Below, piece by piece: positions 19,094 through 25,102 of a stretch of DNA of 25,102 nucleotides (position 1 is the first letter of the stretch; each line of letters opens with the position of its first letter). Location of the stretch: the NCBI GenBank assembly GCA_051439505.1, contig JBFRWI010000064.1, forward strand, positions 1-25,102, given 5' to 3'. Below the pieces are notes generated by a model. The model did not search any database, was not told where the DNA came from, and saw only the letters and a program-made list of their open reading frames with translations. The position numbers and the translations under genes were made by a program. The DNA is from Hormoscilla sp. (GTDB taxonomy: Bacteria; Cyanobacteriota; Cyanobacteriia; Cyanobacteriales; Desertifilaceae).

Positions 19094-19269
19094 GTGGGCG
19101 GTGCCCTCTCTGGTGGGTGTGGTCAAAAGTAGTTGATAGCTGGGTGCGGACGCTCGATGCCTGATAGCCCGCGCAGGCGGGCTTTGTTCATGTAGCCGGG
19201 CCCTTTAGGGTTCGGGCTACCAACGGGCGCAAGACCACACCCCTCTCTGGTGGGCGGTGCCCACCCTAC
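19094..19269. repeat. Mosaic of nested REP-like elements including copy 2 of the 52-bp repeat (19164-19215)
   Basis: Direct repeat CCCTCTCTGGTGGG at 19104-19117 and 19241-19254; inverted GGGTGTGGTC 19115-19124 / GACCACACCC 19233-19242; REP copy at 19248-19269. Confidence 0.8.
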
Positions 19270-22200
19270 AGTTCTAGTGTATAGCGCTCCGCTGCACCGT
19301 AGTTGACGTGATAGCCCAGATCCCGCATCGCGCCGATCGTGATTTCATCCAGCAGCTCGTTAATGCCAGGACTGCCGGACTCGGTCATCATCTCATTTCC
19401 GAATATATCCTCCCACCAGTGAGACAGGTCCGATCCCTCACCTACACCCCGCGTCAGTTGTAACTCCGTTGCCATAAAAGTTCCAAGCAGTTCTCCATAA
19501 GCGATGCCTGCGAAGGTATCGGCATTGTATACTGGATTACTCTCATCCTCCGTCGTAACTAAGTTCCGATCGCTCAAGGAGGGCAAAGATACTACTCGTT
19601 GTGAGAATCCGTCAGAATCATCAGAGGTTCGCAAGGCTGTGGTCTGATTGCTGCCGCCAAAGAACCCCAGCACGTGAGCGAACTCGTGGATCATCGTGTC
19701 GTAGAAGAATTGCAGGTCCCGATCGTACAGTGCCTGGATCGTCGGGTTTCTGTTGATGGTGGCCTCTCCCCTTACGGTCATGGTATTGCCATTCTCATCC
19801 CTTCTCAAGGTCGTCGGTCCTGCCGATGCCAGCACCCCTGCTCCCAGTTCGTCCACATCTACCGCGATGCTGACGGTATGCTTGCCACTGAAGGTGCTGT
19901 GGGTAATTACTTGCTCCCAGAAATCGGCGGCTTTGACCACCGCTTCTTCCAGGGGGTCGGTGAGCACCATTTGCGCTGCTTCTGAGAGGGTGACCTCGAT
20001 GTCAAAGGCTTGGGGATCGCTTTGGGCAGCCTGGAAGCGGGTTTCGACGTTATAGTTTGTTGTTTGCTTCTCAACCGAGTTAGTCACTTGCAGGAAATAT
20101 TCCCCTGGTTCTAGGAAGGCACGGATCTGCTCGCTTTCCGTGCCGCTATTTGGCAGGAATGCTCGGATCTCCACTTCCCCATTATCGATATATTGATTGC
20201 CGTTGCGGTCTACTACCGGGTCGATCATCTTATTATCGTTGAAATCCCGAATCAGTCGCAGGTCTGCATTCTCAGTCAGACCTGTCAGGTTAGCCGTGAA
20301 GATTCCAGACCGATCGACGGTAAAGCGATAGAATACAAAGGGATTGCCGGGACTGACTCCCCCGCTAGCTGCAAAATTAGCTGATGATTGGGCGATCGGG
20401 GTTGCCATGGATCTACCAGCAGGTGGAGGGGGAATCATGCCTGGAACCGATGATGGGGTAACAGAGGCTGCTAGGCGGTACTCTGTCTCTCCCGCGAATC
20501 GATCGACAGAGACAAAGTAGTCACCTGCAGGTAAGGCACCTGTCTGGATACTCTCATCGTTGTTACTATTATTAGCCGAGATGAGGATTCTCTCCCCAGC
20601 ATCGATCTCGCCATTGCCGTTGACATCGGCAATTAAGGACAAGTCTGCATCAGCAGACAATCCCGTGAGGGTGATGTCGAGTTCTCCGTCCTCTAGAATC
20701 GTAAATACGAACCAGTCCATGCCATCGCGGTTGTTCACGGAATCCTCGAACATCACGGGCTCCTCAGTCAGGATAATGCCCTCGGTCCCAAATATCTCCC
20801 CCAAGTCGTCAGGTCGAGTGTCCCTGGGATTGCGAGACTGTTCTGGTGTTATTGTCAAATCGTACTGTACCTCTCCAGAAAACTGCTCCACTTCAATCAC
20901 GTAGGTTCCCGCTTCCAAATCGGGGATAAAGATGCGGTCGGGGTCGTTTCCATTAGTTGCCGATATATCCAGTACCTCTTCTTCGGACACCTCACCGTCA
21001 TCATTTTCATCTAGAATCACCCGCAAGTCGGCATTTCCGCCCCGCACCTCCAGCCTCACCTCCAAATCTACCCTCGGATCCTCCATGTTCGGCAAATTTG
21101 GTGGCTCGAAGATCGTGAAGGTGTAATAGTCGATCGGGTCATCATCTCCCACGCTACCACTAAAAGTCATAGGCTTAAGTCCACCCATATCGTCCCTTAC
21201 CGGCCCCAAATCACCCCCCTGGGCAATCGTATTGTTATCATCTCCTACTATGAAAAATTCTGCTGTCGCCAGATTCAGACTGTAGTCCGTATTCCCCTGA
21301 AATTGCTCGACTGTTACGTAGTAGGTTCCTGCTTCCAAAAAATCGCTAATCGTCTCCGATGTTGTTTCTGGTTCGTCAGATAAATCTACCAGTTCTCCTT
21401 CTCCCTCGGCCACCCCGTCAGCATCGATCTGGCCATTGCCGTTGATATCCTGAAGCAGGAACAGATCTGCATCTGCCGTCAGTCCCTCCAAGGTCAAGGT
21501 GACTTCGCTGGGGTTGTTCAGGGTGAAACTGTAGAGGTCGATCGGGTTATCATCGGAGACCGAATCATTTGCAGTATTATTCAGGGTAGCAAGGTCGATC
21601 GCATCGCTGAGAGTTGGTATTTCCGGGGCCGCTGCTGCCGATATTGCCAGGTTGTAGTCCGTATTGCCCGTAAACTGCTCGACTATCAAGAAATACTCTC
21701 CACTTGCCAACCTGAGAGTACCTGCTTCGTCAGCGTTTCCTTCATTAAAAGAACCATCGATAAACTCTTCTTCCTGTTCCCTCCCGTCCCCGTTGAGATC
21801 CTGAATTATAAACCAATCAGCATCCGCACTCAAATTGGATACATTAATGCTCACCTCGCTCTCGGCATCCAGGTTAAATCGGTATATATCTCTCTCGTCA
21901 GCATCCCCGACGAAGTCGTTAAATACTTGCTCTTGGGTACTGAGAGTACCAATATCTCGTGCTGTCTCACCGTTGTTTCCCGCACCATCATCGGGAATGG
22001 TTACAGTTGTCGCTGATATGCTCAAGTCGTAGTTCGCCTGTCCCGCAAACGGCTCCACCACGACAAAGTATTCCCTAGGTAACAAAATCGCCGTTATCGT
22101 CGCGTCTCCCCCGGAGCCCCCTTCAGACTCTATAATCTCTTGTTCAAACTCCTCCTCCCCACTAACCATTCCATTGCCGTTTATATCCTCTATCAGGAGC

Positions 22201-22811
22201 AACTCTGCATCGCCATTTGCATCCAGACCCGATAGAGTAATTGTTATATCGCTCCCTTCGTCGATGGTAAATTTATAGATATCAGATGCCTCCTCAAAAA
22301 AGTCTGTGGCACCACTGATGCTTGCCGACTCGCTGATGGCGCCCAGGTCCGTCGCCGTGGTGAGATCGAACCCAAACTCTTCTATGATGACGACTCCTTC
22401 TAGGCTGTTTACTTGACCCAGGAATTCTTCTATCTCCGAGGTGGTCAGTGTTGCCTCCGGCCCGATGGCCCTTCTGGTCAACTCATCACCGGTCCTCCCC
22501 TGCTGAGCACGCACGGCCAAAACTCCGTCTGTGAGGGCATTTACTCGGCCGTCTCCATCCGCATCCAGCAGGCCAAACTCATTGAGTTGGTCTAGATATT
22601 CCGTTATCTCCTCACTCGTTTCCCTGGTGGCCCCATCTGCAATCAAGCCCGTAATCAGATCCTCACCTCTGTACTCGAACATATAACGTACAAGCATCAA
22701 GCCGTCCGAGTCTGGTGAAATTATCCCATTACCATCTATGTCGAAATTGAATATACAGTCTTGGTTAGTTTCTGCATCATCTATGGCCATCATTTCATCG
22801 TCTGTTGCCAT
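19266..22811 (-). CDS. Large acidic multi-domain metalloprotease: duplicated dockerin-like/Ca-binding N-terminus, about six PPC-like domains, C-terminal zincin (leishmanolysin/M8-like) domain
   Basis: GGAGAGGAG RBS; repeats of DxYxF...GLxADADL..DxNGNG...G.Y.V.V; HEFAHVLG, later SHW and EMM. Family assignment is by motif only. Confidence 0.85.
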   Translation of the reverse strand: MATDDEMMAIDDAETNQDCIFNFDIDGNGIISPDSDGLMLVRYMFEYRGEDLITGLIADGATRETSEEITEYLDQLNEFGLLDADGDGRVNALTDGVLAVRAQQGRTGDELTRRAIGPEATLTTSEIEEFLGQVNSLEGVVIIEEFGFDLTTATDLGAISESASISGATDFFEEASDIYKFTIDEGSDITITLSGLDANGDAELLLIEDINGNGMVSGEEEFEQEIIESEGGSGGDATITAILLPREYFVVVEPFAGQANYDLSISATTVTIPDDGAGNNGETARDIGTLSTQEQVFNDFVGDADERDIYRFNLDAESEVSINVSNLSADADWFIIQDLNGDGREQEEEFIDGSFNEGNADEAGTLRLASGEYFLIVEQFTGNTDYNLAISAAAAPEIPTLSDAIDLATLNNTANDSVSDDNPIDLYSFTLNNPSEVTLTLEGLTADADLFLLQDINGNGQIDADGVAEGEGELVDLSDEPETTSETISDFLEAGTYYVTVEQFQGNTDYSLNLATAEFFIVGDDNNTIAQGGDLGPVRDDMGGLKPMTFSGSVGDDDPIDYYTFTIFEPPNLPNMEDPRVDLEVRLEVRGGNADLRVILDENDDGEVSEEEVLDISATNGNDPDRIFIPDLEAGTYVIEVEQFSGEVQYDLTITPEQSRNPRDTRPDDLGEIFGTEGIILTEEPVMFEDSVNNRDGMDWFVFTILEDGELDITLTGLSADADLSLIADVNGNGEIDAGERILISANNSNNDESIQTGALPAGDYFVSVDRFAGETEYRLAASVTPSSVPGMIPPPPAGRSMATPIAQSSANFAASGGVSPGNPFVFYRFTVDRSGIFTANLTGLTENADLRLIRDFNDNKMIDPVVDRNGNQYIDNGEVEIRAFLPNSGTESEQIRAFLEPGEYFLQVTNSVEKQTTNYNVETRFQAAQSDPQAFDIEVTLSEAAQMVLTDPLEEAVVKAADFWEQVITHSTFSGKHTVSIAVDVDELGAGVLASAGPTTLRRDENGNTMTVRGEATINRNPTIQALYDRDLQFFYDTMIHEFAHVLGFFGGSNQTTALRTSDDSDGFSQRVVSLPSLSDRNLVTTEDESNPVYNADTFAGIAYGELLGTFMATELQLTRGVGEGSDLSHWWEDIFGNEMMTESGSPGINELLDEITIGAMRDLGYHVNYGAAERYTLEL

Positions 22812-22849
22812 CTTTCTCCTCTCCTGTTATCTCTTTCGGAGTCTCCTCA

Positions 22850-23504
22850 CCATCTAGTTGGTGAATTTCGTATTCTCTGGTCTGAACTTGCGGATCATAC
22901 CCCTCGCCTTGAGATCGGCCATCTGGTTTTACTGGTTCCACTCGCCTGACGCCAGTGGTTCTCGCTGAGGAGCGCCCGATCACCTTTTGGAGCGACCTTC
23001 TCTGCTATCCTAGCATTATAATCTTGAACTGCCTCACCCTGGCAGTATTTGTAATTATATCTCGATCCCGATCGGGTGGCAAGCCCCCACCTCCGGTAAT
23101 GATCGATTCACTCTCCTTTCCCAGCAAGCATGGATCTTGACCGATGACAATAATATTAACCCCGCACTGGGGTCTACATCGGGAGTATTGATTTCCACAA
23201 TGCCATTAAATTCGGTACCTAGTTGGGATATGGCCGTAATGTCACTCAAGAGGGTATTCTCCTCTCGGAAGGCCGTGCCAAATATCCCCTGGGCTGTTAT
23301 GCTAACTCTACCGCCAAAGTTGGCTTCGGCATTGGCACTGATATCGCTATTTTTCCTCGCTATTAACGTATCGGTGGCGATCGCGATATTGCCTCCCCTC
23401 GCTTCCCCTCTCGCATTGGTAGTGATGGCACTGTTCCCACCCATCAACAACTGCGATATTGATGCTAATCTTACCCCGATCGCGTAGCGGCTGCGCAGCA
23501 GCAA
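22850..23504 (-). pseudogene. Decayed C-terminal remnant of a haemagglutinin-family exoprotein
   Basis: ...NSDISANAEANFGGRVSITAQGIFGTAFREE..SDITAIS.LG.EFNGIVEINTPDVDP matches the tail of 14736-17903. After a frame break near 23130-23145 it reads CLLGKESESIITGGGGLPPDRDRDIITNTARV then stops; PDG...GYDP appears near 22890-22925. No secretion domain. Boundaries approximate. Confidence 0.85.
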
Positions 23505-23661
23505 GGATGTCTGTCAAGTTATGTCATCATAATTGGTCGGGACGCCCGCACCGAGCCCTACAGCGATCGGCAGTGACCACACCCCGGTTGTGTGACAAGA
23601 GAAAAGGGATATGAAGATAAAATAAATATCCTATGAGAAGGAAAAAAAATTATTAAACCCC

Positions 23662-23691
23662 TTGACAAGTTCCACTCCCGTTAGCTATACT
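23662..23691 (+). promoter_or_regulatory. Near-consensus sigma70-type promoter
   Basis: TTGACA 23662-23667, 18-nt spacer, TATACT 23686-23691; A-tract at 23642-23649 could act as an UP element. Confidence 0.7.
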
Positions 23692-23697
23692 AGATTC

Positions 23698-24021
23698 AAA
23701 TAAAGGTTCATGGGGGCTTGACAAATCACACCTGAACAAGCCCAAGCGAAACCAGGGATGCCCGGCCCGGACTGCGCTCTTAGCGCCTAAAAGGGTTAAA
23801 CAACGGTTAATCGGCGCAGAAGAGCGTAACTCCGGGTCAGGTAAATCTCTTTAGCGCTCACTGAGACTCCACAAGGAGGGCCCTGTGACAGGGTTCTCCT
23901 GCGCATTTTTAAATAATTTTGCGGTCCCTGAGCGTTAGTCGAAGGGAAGTGAAGAAGGGGAGAACCCGCTGCAACTAATGCATGACTACACTCCCTCGCG
24001 GAGGACAAATATTATTTTTTT
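23698..24021 (+). ncRNA. Candidate structured non-coding RNA of unknown family
   Basis: Downstream of the promoter; no plus-strand ORF of 60 aa or more; several stems with G-U pairs; ends in a small hairpin (23994-24004) and T7 (24015-24021). Confidence 0.45.
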
Positions 24022-24142
24022 GGCTACGATCGGTTACAGGAGACTCTGTAATGCTTATCGGAGATCGAGTATTGCCGCTCCACCGACTCAGCAAAGCCGC
24101 TCCTGACTCGTAATCGTCGCTCCACCGATTCAGCTTTACCGG

Positions 24143-24273
24143 TCCTGGACCCAGTTTTCTCGATCCTGGATTCAGTTTTCTCGATTTTGGACCCAGTTTT
24201 CTCGATCCTGGGCCCAGTTTCTTCGATCCTGGATTTAGTTTCTTCGATCCTGGGCCCAGTTTTCTCGATCCTG
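24143..24273. repeat. About 6 degenerate tandem 21-nt repeats (CCAGTTTTCTCGATCCTGGRY)
   Basis: Units at 24151, 24172, 24193, 24214, 24235 and 24256; they read as RIEKTGP/RIEETKS heptads in the doubtful minus-strand ORF 24024-24341. Confidence 0.9.
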
Positions 24274-24435
24274 ACTCGGGTGACGAAGCTCCTCTTCATC
24301 GGCTGATAGCCTTGCCACCATTGCCTTCTAGACTCCGACACCTCTCTAAATTTTCCTAGTAAGCAATTTTTATTGACAAGGAAATTGTTCCTTTCTCAAT
24401 ATGATGCGATCGCAGCACCCTCCCAAGGCATGACA

Positions 24436-24486
24436 GGGTGTGGTCATGCAGACCGTTCGGGCTACCAGCGGGTTTTGACCACACTC
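24436..24486. repeat. REP-like hairpin related to 19115-19242
   Basis: GGGTGTGGTCA...GTTCGGGCTACCAGCGGG....GACCACAC compared with GGGTGTGGTCA...GTTCGGGCTACCAACGGG.....GACCACAC. Confidence 0.7.
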
Positions 24487-24587
24487 CATCGGCTCGGGAA
24501 GACCAAAGGGCCTGCCATGATGACAACAGACATTGCTAAGAGTCGTGCTGCTGTGTATATCTTGTCGGAAGGTGGGCGGTACACACC

Positions 24588-25102
24588 CTACCTAATGCTG
24601 CGGCATCTTTGGGCAGGTGGCAAGCTTCTAGCTGCTGTACCTGTAGGATCGTAACCTACTAGCCGCACGGAACCATCGGGCTGAAATATCCAGCCTCTTG
24701 CTGGTACAATTTCTGCTGATGATATCTCAAGTGATGTTTCTGACTGCCGGGGAGCTTCTGTTCCCGACTGGACAGCACTTGGAGCCACGGGTTCTACCCA
24801 ACTTACCCTGGTATTGTCCCTGTCGATAACTTCAGTCGGGTTGCTAGGCAAACCCCCACGTCCTATCCTCGTAAAGGAGCTATCTCCCCTGATGGCACAG
24901 AAGTCTTTACCGATTAAACTAGCAGCATCCACTACCGTGCCTGACAATTCTATTAACCCGCTCGTTGGATCTGTGTCTGGGGTGTCAACTTCCACTACTC
25001 CATCCACTCCAAACCGGGAACTGGCGGTGATGGCACTATCATTGGAGCTAAATAAACCCCTGGCGGTGATGTTGATATTCCCGCCATCGCCCCTGACTGC
25101 AT
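24588..25102 (-). CDS. C-terminus of a second haemagglutinin-family exoprotein; 5' part lies outside the window
   Basis: Frame open to the window edge (AVRGDGGNINITARGLFSSNDSAITASSRFGVDGVVEVDTP...); DFC...GRGGLPSNP and EIVPARGWIF...LVGYDPT match the 14736-17903 tail. Confidence 0.9.
   Translation of the reverse strand, partial: AVRGDGGNINITARGLFSSNDSAITASSRFGVDGVVEVDTPDTDPTSGLIELSGTVVDAASLIGKDFCAIRGDSSFTRIGRGGLPSNPTEVIDRDNTRVSWVEPVAPSAVQSGTEAPRQSETSLEISSAEIVPARGWIFQPDGSVRLVGYDPTGTAARSLPPAQRCRSIR

Noticed and set aside
22850..23504. CDI-type orphan toxin/immunity cassette
   Set aside because: The tail is conserved with its paralogues rather than polymorphic, has no toxin motif and no small immunity ORF, and is frameshifted.
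23861..23950. TPP riboswitch (CTGAGA...CCTGA...CGAAGGGAAG)
   Set aside because: The P5 stem with its TAAT loop is absent, spacing is wrong, and no thiamine gene lies downstream.
23698..24021. tmRNA, RNase P RNA, SRP RNA, 6S RNA, group I/II intron or Cas12k tracrRNA
   Set aside because: I could not find their diagnostic conserved motifs in the right order on either strand. This was by eye only; a covariance-model search is still needed.
24373..24551. Second promoter plus ncRNA or retron msr-msd (GCAGCAC/GTGCTGC ends)
   Set aside because: TTGACA to TATGAT spacing is 21 nt, the main stem is explained by the REP-like family also seen at 19115-19242, and no reverse transcriptase is present.

Overview
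This is a cyanobacterial chromosomal window, probably from a filamentous Oscillatoriales-like organism (inferred from frequent HIP1 GCGATCGC sites, e.g. 3021, 4843, 12861, 24406, heptamer STRR tracts and GTAG-type REP palindromes). The left part holds the tail of a decaying operon: a membrane-anchored peptidoglycan-binding protein, a frameshifted membrane protein and a Ycf46-like AAA+ ATPase pseudogene. These are followed by a D-Ala-D-Ala carboxypeptidase (S13), an FHA-FHA-ABC transporter, an M48 metallopeptidase and a GT4 glycosyltransferase. The right part is a minus-strand surface/secretion cluster: TPR-CHAT protease, small coiled-coil protein, intact filamentous-haemagglutinin (TPS) exoprotein, PIN toxin-antitoxin pair, a 1181-aa acidic multi-PPC metalloprotease, a broken haemagglutinin C-terminal remnant and the C-terminus of another haemagglutinin running off the right edge. 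Intergenic DNA is dense in small repeats. The least explained feature is a near-consensus sigma70 promoter at 23662-23691 followed by about 320 nt of stem-rich DNA with no ORF of 60 aa or more on that strand, which is a candidate orphan structured ncRNA. No cas, transposase, reverse transcriptase, rRNA or tRNA gene was recognised. All calls are from reading the sequence; no searches were run.
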